Of a DNA stretch of 64,000 nucleotides, positions 30,287-40,622 are shown one piece after another. Every line of letters begins with the position of its first letter. Position 1 is the stretch's first letter. A program made the position numbers and the translations under genes. Origin of the DNA: an uncultured Planctomycetales bacterium (GTDB taxonomy: Bacteria; Planctomycetota; UBA1135); contig CAYFGE010000006.1 in the NCBI GenBank assembly GCA_964342475.1, positions 92,626 to 156,625 on the forward strand, written 5' to 3'. A model generated the notes under the pieces. It was not told the DNA's origin and made no database searches. It worked only from the letters and a program-made list of their open reading frames with translations.

Positions 30287-31432
30287 ATGGCCTCCGCGTC
30301 GCTCCAGGTCTTCGAGGGCCCGCGGGTCTTCGCGGAGCACGGCGCGCGCTGGCAGGAGCTCCTCGACCGGACGCAGAGCCCGGTCTTCTTCCTCCGACCG
30401 GACTGGCTGCAGCTCTGGGCCGACCACTTCGGCTCCGGCCGCCGCTGCTTCCTGGCCGTGGCCGAACGCGGCGGCGAGTGGATCGGCGGCCTGCCGCTGA
30501 TCCTCGGCGAGGGCCGCATCGGCCAGCGCTGGGCCGTGCCCAAGCTCGAGGCCGCCGGCACGCCCTACTTCGACCGCATGGAGGTCCCGGCGGCCGACGA
30601 CGCCGACTGCCGCGAGACCCTGCGCCTGGTCCTCGACTGGGCCCGCGCGACCGGCGGCTGGTCCGCCTTCGCCTTCCACGAGGTGCCGGCCGGCTCGCCG
30701 ACGCACCGCGCCCTCGAGTCGCTCGCCGCCGAGCGCGGCTTCGACCTGCACGCACAGCTCGCCTCGCGCGCACCGATCGTCGACCTGGAGACCGGCGGCA
30801 AGACCTCGTCCAAGTACCGCCGCCAGCTGCGCCAGTCGATGGAGCAGCTCGAGGAGGAGGGCGCGGTGGAGTGCGCCTTCGAGTTCGTCGACGCGGCCCG
30901 CATCGGCCCGCTGATCGCCGAGTGCAAGCAGGTCGAGTGCAGCAGCTGGAAGGGCGACCAGGGGGTCGGGGTGTTCCGCCGCGGACCGGTCGGCGACTTC
31001 ATGCGCGGGCTGTGGCGCGAGCTCGTCCCGCGCCAGGAGCTGGCGCTGGCCACGATCCGGCTCGACGGCCGCCTGGTCATCTACCACTGGGGCTTCCTCC
31101 ACCGCGGCCGCTTCCTCAGCTACAACCTCGCCCAGGTGCCCGAGACCAACCGCGTGCGCGGCGGCTCGCTGCTGCTCAAGCACATGGTCGAGACCGGCCG
31201 CGACCTCGACATCGAGGTGATCGACGCCTCGCGCGGCTCGCTCGAGAGCCCGAACATCATCGGCCGCTACAAGGGCCCGGTCCGCTCGCACGGCGACTTC
31301 CTGCTCTACGCGCGCAGCGCGCACGGCCGCTTCCTCGAGGGGGTGCGGCACCGCGCCATCCCCGCAGCGCGCCGCTTGCTGCGCCAGGGCGGGCCGCCCG
31401 CGCTCGACCCGGACGAGGCCTTCGTCGACTGA
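30287..31432 (+). CDS. CelD/FemAB-like GNAT acyltransferase (BioF2-like acetyltransferase domain)
   Basis: Family-typical N-terminus SPVFFLRPDWLQLWADHFG and size ~380 aa. ATG 30287 lies 3 nt after the S1 stop. Confidence 0.65.
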   Translation: MASASLQVFEGPRVFAEHGARWQELLDRTQSPVFFLRPDWLQLWADHFGSGRRCFLAVAERGGEWIGGLPLILGEGRIGQRWAVPKLEAAGTPYFDRMEVPAADDADCRETLRLVLDWARATGGWSAFAFHEVPAGSPTHRALESLAAERGFDLHAQLASRAPIVDLETGGKTSSKYRRQLRQSMEQLEEEGAVECAFEFVDAARIGPLIAECKQVECSSWKGDQGVGVFRRGPVGDFMRGLWRELVPRQELALATIRLDGRLVIYHWGFLHRGRFLSYNLAQVPETNRVRGGSLLLKHMVETGRDLDIEVIDASRGSLESPNIIGRYKGPVRSHGDFLLYARSAHGRFLEGVRHRAIPAARRLLRQGGPPALDPDEAFVD

Positions 31433-31434
31433 CC

Positions 31435-32637
31435 GTGCACCGCCGCCTCTGCCTCGGGCGGGTCCCGATCCTGACCCTCCACAGCGTCCGCCGGCGCCAC
31501 ACCGAGACGCTCGGCCCGGGCGGCGAGCTGAGCCTGCCGGACGACGTCTTCGAGCGCATGCTGCGCGGGCTGCGCCGCGACGGCTTCGAGGGGATCACCT
31601 GCGGCGAGCTGTTCGCCCACCTGAGCGACGGCGCGCCGCTTCCGGCGAAGCCGCTGCTGCTGACCTTCGACGACGGCTACCTCGACAACTGGACGATCGT
31701 CGCGCCGCTGCTGCGCCGCCACGGCTTCCGCGGCACGGTCTTCGTCGCCACGGACTACCTCCACCCCGACGCGGAGGCCGTGCGGCCCACGCTGGAGGAC
31801 ACCGATGCGCCGCCGGAGCGCGGCTACCTCAGCGCCGCCGAGCTGCGCCGGCTGCAGGAGGAGGGAGTCCTCGAACTGCAGTCGCACACCGCCACGCACG
31901 GCCGCCTCGCGGTCAGCGGCGAGGTGGTGGACTTCCACCGCCCGGACGCCCGCTGCTGGTGGCTCGAGCGGCAGCGCGCCACGCCCGCCCAGCTCTCCGA
32001 CGAGGAGCGCGGCGCCACCGCCGGCCTCGTGCCCTGGGGCGCCCCGGTCCACCGCTCGGAGTGGGCCTCGGCCGCGCGCGCCGTCCATCCCGACCCGCGG
32101 CTCGAGGACGCCCTCACCACGCACGTCGCGGCGGGCGGCGGCGCCGAGTTCTTCGCCCGGCCGGCCTGGCGCGAGGAGCTGGCCGCCGTCGAGCGCGAGG
32201 GCGCGTGGGACCACCGCCCGGAGACCGAGGAGGAGCGCCACGCGCGCATCCTCGACGACCTGACGCGGGCGAAGGCCACGCTCGAGAGCATCCTCGGCCG
32301 CGAGGTGCCCTACTTCGCCTGGCCCGGCGGCGGCTCGAGCGCGCTCGCGGTCCGCATCGCCCTCGACGAGGTCGGTCACCGCGCCACCTTCGGCACGCAC
32401 CGCGTCTGCGAAGGGGTGCCGCTCGGCCTCGAAGCGATCCCGCGGGTCTACTTCCGCCAAACCTACCGCGGGCGCGCCGACCGCGTGCTGCGCGCCTGGC
32501 ACGCGCGCGGGCTGGCCGGCTGGGAGGCCGGACGCCTCGGCGGCTACCTGCGCCTGTTCGCAGCCAACCGCCTGATGAGCCTGCTCGGCGACGCCTCGCG
32601 GCCCAACCAGCCGCGCCGCGTCCCGGGTCGGGCCTAG
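31435..32637 (+). CDS. polysaccharide deacetylase (CE4/NodB-like)
   Basis: LLLTFDDGYLDNW (NodB motif 1) and ELQSHTATH (His motif). GTG 31435 lies 3 nt after the upstream stop. Confidence 0.8.
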   Translation: MHRRLCLGRVPILTLHSVRRRHTETLGPGGELSLPDDVFERMLRGLRRDGFEGITCGELFAHLSDGAPLPAKPLLLTFDDGYLDNWTIVAPLLRRHGFRGTVFVATDYLHPDAEAVRPTLEDTDAPPERGYLSAAELRRLQEEGVLELQSHTATHGRLAVSGEVVDFHRPDARCWWLERQRATPAQLSDEERGATAGLVPWGAPVHRSEWASAARAVHPDPRLEDALTTHVAAGGGAEFFARPAWREELAAVEREGAWDHRPETEEERHARILDDLTRAKATLESILGREVPYFAWPGGGSSALAVRIALDEVGHRATFGTHRVCEGVPLGLEAIPRVYFRQTYRGRADRVLRAWHARGLAGWEAGRLGGYLRLFAANRLMSLLGDASRPNQPRRVPGRA

Positions 32638-34424
32638 TGGTCGTCGCCGATGTAGCCCAGCTGCTCGAGCGCGTGAGTGTCCTCCGCCGTCAGCTCCCCC
32701 ACCGCCTCGCGCTGCGGCAGCGCCTCGAAGTAGGCGCGCCCCTCGGCCAGCATCTCGGCCAGCCGCGCCGGCTCCTCGGCCGCGCGGTCGACCGTGTCCC
32801 CGGTCTCGGGGTGGTAGAGGAAGCTGCGACCGTCGAGGGTCCAGACGACCTTCCAGCCGTCCTTCATCCACCCGGACATCCGCGTCTCCTCGAGGCGGCG
32901 CTGGTAGGCCTCCATGTAGAGGCCGCGCGCGGCCCCTCCCTCGGCGCCGCGCAGGACCGGCAGGAGGCTGTGGCCGTGCAGCTCCTGCGGCGGGTCGATC
33001 CCGAGCAGGTCGAGCACGGTCGGCACGAGGTCGACGTGGGCCGCGGCGGCCGCCGAGCGCACGCCGCGGGGCGCCGCCTCCTCGGACGCCGGTAGGCGGA
33101 TCACCGCCGGCACGTGCTGCGTCGCCGCGTAGAGGCTCTTCTCGTGGTTCAGCTCGAGGCCGCCCTCCCCGAAGCACTCGCCGTGGTCCGCGACCAGGAG
33201 GAACAGGGTGTCGCGCAGGCCGGGGTCGCGCGCCTCGAGCGACTCGCGCAGCGAGCCGAGCAGTTCGTCGAGCAGGCTGATCTCGGCCTTGTGCAGCAGC
33301 CAGTCCTCCTCGAGGGCGGGGTCGAAGGCGTGCGGCCCCTCGTCGCGGCGGGCCAGCACGGCCTCGCGGTGCGCCGCCGGCGGCTCGAAGGGACCGTGGG
33401 CGTCGTAGAGGTGGACCCACAGGAAGGTCGGGCGGTCCTGCGCCTCGTACCACTCCTTGGCGCGCGCGACGGTGAGCGGGCCGGGGACGGTGTAGGTCAG
33501 CCGCGCCTCGGGGAAGAACAGCGTGCGCAGCAGCGAGGAGCTGAAGCGGCACAGCTCACGCAGCTGGTCGGGCAGCGAGGAGCCGGAGCGGTCGTCGAAG
33601 ACCTGGAAGCCCTCGGCGAAGCCGAAGCGCGCCGTGATCGGGTAGCCGGAGACGAAGCCGCCGGTGGCGTAGCCGTGCTCGCGCAGCAGGCCGGGCAGGG
33701 CGTGCAGCTCGGCGGCGGCGAACTGCTCGCCGTTCGAGCGCAGGCCGTGGCTGGGCGGGTAGAGCCCCGACAACATCGTGGCGTGGGCCGGGCCGGTGAT
33801 CGAGGCGACCGACTGAAAGTCGTCGAAGGTGGTGCCCTCGGCGGCGAAGCGCTCGAGGCTCGGCATGTCGAGGCCGCCGCCGCCGTAGAGCGGCAGCAGG
33901 TCGGCGCGCACCGTGTCCCAGCTGAGCAGGACGATGTGCGGCGCTTCCGGCGCGGGCGAGGTCGGCGCCGGTCCGGTGGTGACGCGCTCGCGGCCGACGA
34001 AGACCATGGCGGCGAGGACCAGGGCCGGGGCGGCCCAGCTGAGACGGCCGAGCAGGCGCGGCGCGGCCTCGGCGCGGCCGAGCACCGCCAGCGCGGTCAG
34101 GGCGAGGAGGCCGACGAAGCCCGCGGCGATGGAAGGCCAGGCGGCGAGGTTCGGCAGGCCGACGCGCCGGTTGAGGAACCAGAGGCCCCCGGCGCCGAGC
34201 AGGACGAGGACGGCGAGCAGCGGGCGCCAGCCCCCCAGCCGGCCGAGCGCGCGGCCGAGCAGCCAGCCGCCGACGCCGTAGAAGAAGAGGTTCAGCAGCG
34301 GGGTGAGCAGGTAGACCCAGCCGGTGCCGGCGAAGCCGGCGTTGGTCAGGGAAAGGCCCGACTCCCATGCGCCGAGCGCCCACCCGGCGATCATCCCGTC
34401 CAGCGCGGCCGATCTGCGTTGCAT
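32634..34424 (-). CDS. membrane-anchored sulfatase-like enzyme, Thr nucleophile position (paralog S2)
   Basis: N-terminal TMs with GWALGAWE. HIVLLSWDTVRADLL...SITGPAHATMLSGLYPPSHG. C-terminus ...LEQLGYIGDDH. Its stop shares the CTAG at 32634..32637 with the convergent deacetylase. Confidence 0.8.
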   Translation of the reverse strand: MQRRSAALDGMIAGWALGAWESGLSLTNAGFAGTGWVYLLTPLLNLFFYGVGGWLLGRALGRLGGWRPLLAVLVLLGAGGLWFLNRRVGLPNLAAWPSIAAGFVGLLALTALAVLGRAEAAPRLLGRLSWAAPALVLAAMVFVGRERVTTGPAPTSPAPEAPHIVLLSWDTVRADLLPLYGGGGLDMPSLERFAAEGTTFDDFQSVASITGPAHATMLSGLYPPSHGLRSNGEQFAAAELHALPGLLREHGYATGGFVSGYPITARFGFAEGFQVFDDRSGSSLPDQLRELCRFSSSLLRTLFFPEARLTYTVPGPLTVARAKEWYEAQDRPTFLWVHLYDAHGPFEPPAAHREAVLARRDEGPHAFDPALEEDWLLHKAEISLLDELLGSLRESLEARDPGLRDTLFLLVADHGECFGEGGLELNHEKSLYAATQHVPAVIRLPASEEAAPRGVRSAAAAAHVDLVPTVLDLLGIDPPQELHGHSLLPVLRGAEGGAARGLYMEAYQRRLEETRMSGWMKDGWKVVWTLDGRSFLYHPETGDTVDRAAEEPARLAEMLAEGRAYFEALPQREAVGELTAEDTHALEQLGYIGDDH

Positions 34425-34431
34425 CGACCGG

Positions 34432-34437
34432 ATTCTA
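34432..34437 (-). promoter_or_regulatory. candidate -10 box TAGAAT, 7 nt upstream of ATG 34424 (leaderless S2)
   Basis: The reverse complement reads GGGGCTAGAATCC, then ggtcg, then ATG. Confidence 0.5.
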
Positions 34438-34465
34438 GCCCCGGCGGCGCGTGCGCGTGGCGTGG

Positions 34466-34471
34466 TATCTT
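34466..34471 (+). promoter_or_regulatory. candidate extended -10 box TGgTATCTT, 6 nt upstream of ATG 34478 (leaderless S3)
   Basis: gtggTATCTTctgccgATG read directly from the sequence. Confidence 0.5.
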
Positions 34472-34477
34472 CTGCCG

Positions 34478-36421
34478 ATGGACGATTCTCCCACCGGACC
34501 TTCGTTCCTCGGCCGGGCCCTGCGCGGCGCGCTGGCCGGCGCCCTGCTCGGCCTCGCCGTGGGCGCGATCGAAGGTTGCGTGCTGCTCGTCGGCGTCGGC
34601 ATGGGCGTGCGCTCGCCGATGGCCGAGATGCTGCGCATCGACGTCTACTACGCCCTGTTCTGCGGCGGCATCGGAGCCCTCGTCCACGCCCTGTTCGCGC
34701 GGCGCTGCTTCCCCAATGCGTTGCGCTGGACGATCGGTCTGACCGTCTTCTTCCTCGGCCTGATGTGGCTGCGCGACGGGCTGTTCATCGGCAAGGACGC
34801 CGGCGCCGGCCTGTTCCTCGGCGCGCTCGGCGGGGCGGCGGTCCTCGCGGCGGTGGTCGGCTGCACCCTCGGCCGGCTGGGCCGCGCCCCCGCGGCCGGC
34901 CTGGTCCTGGCCCTGGTCGCCGCCGGCGCCGCCCACGGCGTCGCGCTGACCGCGACCGACGACGGCCAGGGCGCCGACCTCGGCATCCCGCGCTGGAGCG
35001 ACGAGCGGCCGCCCAACCTGCTGGTCGTCCTGATCGACACGCTGCGCGCCGACCGCCTCGGCTGCTACGGCTACGACCGGCCGACCTCGCCCGTGCTCGA
35101 CGAGCTCGCCGCCGGCGGCACGCGCTTCGACGCCGCCTACGCCCACGCCTCGTGGACGCGGCCCTCGGTGGCCTCGCTGATGACCTCGCTCTACCCGTCG
35201 AGCCACGACATCCAGAAGGACCTCGACTCGCTGCCCGCCAGCCTGCCGACGCTGGCCCAGGTGCTCGACGCGCGCGGCTACGAGACGGCGGCCTTCTCGG
35301 CCAACCCGCAGATCTCACCGGTCTACGGCTTCGACCGCGGCTTCGACACCTTCGGCAAGGGTGGCAGCCACCTCGTCCGCCGTACCGCGATCGGCAACCT
35401 CGAGCACATGGCGAAGCGGGTGCTGCGCATCCAGCTCCTGCCGCTGCTGCGCGGCGGCGCGGCGGCGAAGCCGAAGGCGGAGAAGGACGCCGACGGCCAC
35501 CCGCTGGAGAACACCGGCGCGGCCGCGATCAACGAGCAGGTCTACCGCTGGATCGACGGCTACACCGCGGACGAGCCCTACTTCCTCTACGTCCAGTACA
35601 TCGACCCGCACACGCCCTACGCCCCGCCGGTCGACCTGATCAACGAGGGCGGCCAGGCGCCGGTCTCGATGCCGGCCAGCTTCATCGACAAGGACGCGCC
35701 GCCCTTCCCGCTGGCCGAGTCCGCCGCGGCGACCGAGGAGGTGCTGGCCGGCCTCTCGCGCCTCTACGACGCCGAGGTGCGCTTCGTCGACCGCGAGGTC
35801 GGTCGCCTGATCGAGCGCCTCGAGGAGCGCGGCATGATGGAGAACACCTTCGTCGTCGTCACCTCCGACCACGGCGAGGAGTTCTACGACCACAGCCAGT
35901 GGCTGCACGGGCAGTCGCTGTTCGACGAGCTCGTCCGCGTCCCGCTGATCGTCGCCGGCCCCGGCGTCGCCGCCCAGGTCGTGCGGCTGCCGGTCGAGCT
36001 GGTCGACGTCCTCCCCACCGCCGCCGGCTGGGCCGGCGCCCCGCTCGGCTTCGACCACCACGGCCGCGACCTCGGCGAGGTCCTGCGCGGCGGCGAGCCC
36101 GACGGGGACCGCGTGGTCTACAGCGAGCGGCAGGGGACCTACGCGATCGACGCGGTGCGCCGCGGCGACCGCAAGCTGATCCGCATCACCTCGCCCGAGG
36201 GCGTGACCTGGCTCGAGTACGACCTGGCCGCCGACCCGGGCGAGCGGAACAACCTCGCCGCCTCGCGCGCGCCCGACGCCGAGCTGCGCGCCCTGCTCGA
36301 GCAGGTCGAGGTGGCGGCCGGCGCCTACCTCGGCGAGCGCTCGGGCAAGATCGAGGCCGAGGGGGAGCTGGCCGAGGAGCTCGGCGCCCTCGGCTACATC
36401 GACACGGAGGAGGACGAATGA
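34478..36421 (+). CDS. membrane-anchored sulfatase-like enzyme, Thr nucleophile position (paralog S3)
   Basis: N-terminal TMs with GLAVGAIE. NLLVVLIDTLRADRL..YGYDRPTSPVLD..ASWTRPSVASLMTSLYPSSH. C-terminus ...LGALGYIDTEEDE. ATG 34478 is preferred over GTG 34451 because of the -10 spacing. Confidence 0.8.
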   Translation: MDDSPTGPSFLGRALRGALAGALLGLAVGAIEGCVLLVGVGMGVRSPMAEMLRIDVYYALFCGGIGALVHALFARRCFPNALRWTIGLTVFFLGLMWLRDGLFIGKDAGAGLFLGALGGAAVLAAVVGCTLGRLGRAPAAGLVLALVAAGAAHGVALTATDDGQGADLGIPRWSDERPPNLLVVLIDTLRADRLGCYGYDRPTSPVLDELAAGGTRFDAAYAHASWTRPSVASLMTSLYPSSHDIQKDLDSLPASLPTLAQVLDARGYETAAFSANPQISPVYGFDRGFDTFGKGGSHLVRRTAIGNLEHMAKRVLRIQLLPLLRGGAAAKPKAEKDADGHPLENTGAAAINEQVYRWIDGYTADEPYFLYVQYIDPHTPYAPPVDLINEGGQAPVSMPASFIDKDAPPFPLAESAAATEEVLAGLSRLYDAEVRFVDREVGRLIERLEERGMMENTFVVVTSDHGEEFYDHSQWLHGQSLFDELVRVPLIVAGPGVAAQVVRLPVELVDVLPTAAGWAGAPLGFDHHGRDLGEVLRGGEPDGDRVVYSERQGTYAIDAVRRGDRKLIRITSPEGVTWLEYDLAADPGERNNLAASRAPDAELRALLEQVEVAAGAYLGERSGKIEAEGELAEELGALGYIDTEEDE

Positions 36422-36864
36422 AGCTGGACCACGTCCTGCTGACCACCGACCTGTCCGAGGAGGCCCGCCGCGCCTACGCGCCGGTGGCCGAGCTCGCGCG
36501 CGAGAACGGCGCGCGGCTGACGCTGCTGCACGTCGTCGTCGACGTGCGGGTGGCGCCGCACGGCGCGCCGCTGGCGCCGCCGCTGACCGGCCCCGACGTC
36601 GGCGACCAGCTCGAGGCCGCGCGCGCCGCGCTGGCGGTCGAGCGCGAGCTGATCGACCCGGACCTCGACGTCGAGCTGGTGGCCGTGGCGGGCGGCGACG
36701 TCCCCGAGGCCATCGCCGAGCACGCCGCGCGCAGCGGCGCCGACCTCATCGCGCTGTCCACGCACGGGCGCGCGGGCTTCCGCAGGCTGATCCTCGGCAG
36801 CGTGGCCGAGGCCGTCCTGCACCACGCCCACGTGCCGGTGCTCTGCTTCCCGCGCCCGGCCTGA
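36418..36864 (+). CDS. universal stress protein (UspA family)
   Basis: ATGA overlap with the S3 stop. ...LTLLHVV...ADLIALSTHGRAGFRRLILGSVAEAVLHHAHVPVL. Confidence 0.85.
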   Translation: MKLDHVLLTTDLSEEARRAYAPVAELARENGARLTLLHVVVDVRVAPHGAPLAPPLTGPDVGDQLEAARAALAVERELIDPDLDVELVAVAGGDVPEAIAEHAARSGADLIALSTHGRAGFRRLILGSVAEAVLHHAHVPVLCFPRPA

Positions 36865-36879
36865 GCCGGCCGCGCGCGC

Positions 36880-38292
<1,413 letters not shown>

Positions 38293-38298
38293 GCCCTC

Positions 38299-38304
38299 AG
38301 GATA
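38299..38304 (-). promoter_or_regulatory. candidate -10 box TATCCT, 6 nt upstream of ATG 38292 (leaderless)
   Basis: The reverse complement reads TATCCTgagggcATG. Confidence 0.45.
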
Positions 38305-38333
38305 GCGGCGGCCCGGGCCGCCGCCGGGGCCGC

Positions 38334-38339
38334 TAGGAT
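38334..38339 (+). promoter_or_regulatory. candidate -10 box TAGGAT, 6 nt upstream of ATG 38346 (leaderless)
   Basis: TAGGATgcgcgcATG read directly from the sequence. Confidence 0.45.
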
Positions 38340-38345
38340 GCGCGC

Positions 38346-38927
38346 ATGAACGCACCGGGTCCGGGCGCTGCGCATTCCTCCGGCCGGGGCTGCCTCCTGT
38401 GGGGCGGCATCGGCGTCGCCTTCGTCGTGCTCGGCCTGGGCGCGATCGTGTTCTGGCTGGCCACCCACTCCACCCAGGACCCGGCCGAGGCCCGCGCCTG
38501 GGCCGAGGAGATGATCGACCTCGAGTTCCCGGCCGAGACGCCTCCCGCTTCGGGCCTGCGGCTCGACGACGTCCGCTTCGTCTTCGCCGGCGAGGACGTC
38601 GAGGACCCCTCGCGCCTCAGCCTGACGGTGGTCGGCTCCGCTTCGGAGCAGTCGCTCGAGTTCGACCAGCTCGCCCGCTACGGCGAGACCGACGAGGACG
38701 CCGAGGTGAAGGTGCTGGACCGCCAGGAGCTCGGATTCCTCGTCCGCGGCGAGGAGGTGCGCACGATGCTGGTGCGCTACGACAACGGCACCACCGACTA
38801 CTCGCTGCTGCTCGAGGGCAAGCCCGCGATGGAAGGCCGCAACTGGCGGGTCATGCTCGTCTTCCACGGGCCGCCCGAGCGCAACACGGCCGAGTGGGTG
38901 CAGCGCGCCCTCGACGGCGTGCGCTGA
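38346..38927 (+). CDS. membrane-anchored protein of unknown function
   Basis: One N-terminal TM (LLWGGIGVAFVVLGLGAIVFWLA) followed by an acidic soluble domain. Strong third-position G/C. Confidence 0.55.
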   Translation: MNAPGPGAAHSSGRGCLLWGGIGVAFVVLGLGAIVFWLATHSTQDPAEARAWAEEMIDLEFPAETPPASGLRLDDVRFVFAGEDVEDPSRLSLTVVGSASEQSLEFDQLARYGETDEDAEVKVLDRQELGFLVRGEEVRTMLVRYDNGTTDYSLLLEGKPAMEGRNWRVMLVFHGPPERNTAEWVQRALDGVR

Positions 38928-38936
38928 GGCCGCGGC

Positions 38937-40622
38937 CTACTCGCTGCTCTTCTTGCGGGCGCCGGTCTTCTTGCCGGCGGCCTTGGAGCTCTTCTTGGCC
39001 GTCTTCTTGGCGGGCGCCTTCTCGGCCGGCGTCTTCTCCGCCTGCGCCGCTGCGGGCTTGCCGCCGATCTTGGCCTCCTGGGCCCGCTTCCGCGCCTCGG
39101 CGCGCTCGCGGTTGGCCTGGATGATCGGGATCGCCCCGTCACCGGCCTCTCCCCCGTCGGCGCCGGAATCGCCCTCGGGCGACTCGACCGGCTGGAGGAC
39201 GCCCTCCCACCAGCCGCGCAGGACGCCGCCGTCCTGGCTGCCGATGATCACCTGGCCTCCCTCGCAGTGCTCGTTCGAGGCGACGAAGTCGTCCACGAGG
39301 TCGCGCAGCTGCTGCCGCGCCGACTGGTGGACCAGGGCGACGAGGACGTTGCAGGCGCCGCCGAGGGTGAGGCGGGTTCCGAACAGGCCCTCCTGGCGGC
39401 CGGCCTCCTGGAAGGCCTGCACGAAGGAGTCGGCCACGGAGTGCGAGATGCCGCACTTCTCCTGCAGGCTGCGGTGGCTGCTCTGCAGGCAGCGGCCGCC
39501 CTCGCCGAGGAAGGTCTCGCGCAGGGTCCGCGAGTACTCGTTGATGTTCGACACCAGCCGCCGCACGCGGTTGCTCTCCCGCACGAGGTGCTCGGAGTTG
39601 GCGCGCATCCGGTAGCTGGATTCGGGATCCACCAGGGCCGCGAGGTCGGCGTGTTCCTTCCGGCGCTTGAAGATCTTGAGCCAGTCCGCCCCACCCTGGC
39701 TGGCCGGGACGTGGTTGCGCAGGCCCTCCTCGAACTCGTTGGGCGGCATCTGGCCCCAACTGCCGAAGAGCTGCTGCTTCTCCTTCTTGAGGGCGGCGTT
39801 CAGGTGGGCCAGGGCCATCTCGGTCGAGACCCGGACCTGGTCGCGGGGCCCCGGGCCCACCTCGTGCTGGTAGCCCAGTTCGACCGCGGCGAAGGAGCAC
39901 TGCGGCGGCACCGGGATCCACTGCATGTCGAGGTCGATGCCGTGCTCGATGGCCAGGGCGCAGTCACGGCGTCCCAGCGCGCTGGTCAGCGCGTCCGACA
40001 TCGGGATCTCCTCGCCGAGGACCTCGCGGGCCCCCTGGATCACCGCGCGGGCGACCTGGACGCCGTCCACCCGCTTCTTGGCCAGACCGGTGGAGGCCTT
40101 GAAGGCCAGGGCGGCGGCCACCCCGAAGGCGGCGCGCTCGCCGAAGCCCAGCCCCTCGGGGACCCGGCTCCAGATCACCATGTCGAAGCCCACCTTCGGG
40201 GTGTTCAGCTGGCGGGTCCGGCGCAGGCCCAGCATGGCCGCGATGATCCGGAGCATCCACTGGCTCTCCTCCTCCTCGAAGACCTGGCCCAGGACGGCCA
40301 GGCTCCGCGGGGGGCCCTTCTTGGTGTAGAGGACGTCGACGTCGCCCTCCCACAGCTGGCTCCCGCCCCAGCGGGACGGGAGAACGCTACGAATTCGGAT
40401 CTTGCGGTCCTCGCGGTTCTGGATCGCGCAGTAGACCGAGCGCGAGAGGGGCAGCGTCAGGGTGCTGGTGCCCGGCCCCTCGACCAGGCCGCCGATCAAT
40501 TCCAGGCGGCACGGAGCCTGCGTAAGCCACAGCGGCTTATCGAGTTGCAGCAGTTCACCCGCCTCGCCGCTGAGCAGCGAAGCGAAGGGGAGGAACGATG
40601 CGGGGAGTGCGGGCTCCGGCAA
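38937..40622 (-). CDS. GHMP-kinase-like protein with degenerate phosphate-binding motif and a Lys/Ala/Pro-rich histone-H1-like C-terminal tail
   Basis: APCRLELIGG resembles GHMP motif 1 (APxRxxLxGG/E). VPEGLGFGERAAFGVAAALA sits where PxGSGLGSSAA is expected. Last ~60 aa: ...KPAAAQAEKTPAEKAPAKKTAKKSSKAAGKKTGARKKSSE. Start set at TTG 40622, where third-position G/C begins; track ATG 40745 lies in AT-richer, apparently non-coding sequence. Confidence 0.55.
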   Translation of the reverse strand: MPEPALPASFLPFASLLSGEAGELLQLDKPLWLTQAPCRLELIGGLVEGPGTSTLTLPLSRSVYCAIQNREDRKIRIRSVLPSRWGGSQLWEGDVDVLYTKKGPPRSLAVLGQVFEEEESQWMLRIIAAMLGLRRTRQLNTPKVGFDMVIWSRVPEGLGFGERAAFGVAAALAFKASTGLAKKRVDGVQVARAVIQGAREVLGEEIPMSDALTSALGRRDCALAIEHGIDLDMQWIPVPPQCSFAAVELGYQHEVGPGPRDQVRVSTEMALAHLNAALKKEKQQLFGSWGQMPPNEFEEGLRNHVPASQGGADWLKIFKRRKEHADLAALVDPESSYRMRANSEHLVRESNRVRRLVSNINEYSRTLRETFLGEGGRCLQSSHRSLQEKCGISHSVADSFVQAFQEAGRQEGLFGTRLTLGGACNVLVALVHQSARQQLRDLVDDFVASNEHCEGGQVIIGSQDGGVLRGWWEGVLQPVESPEGDSGADGGEAGDGAIPIIQANRERAEARKRAQEAKIGGKPAAAQAEKTPAEKAPAKKTAKKSSKAAGKKTGARKKSSE

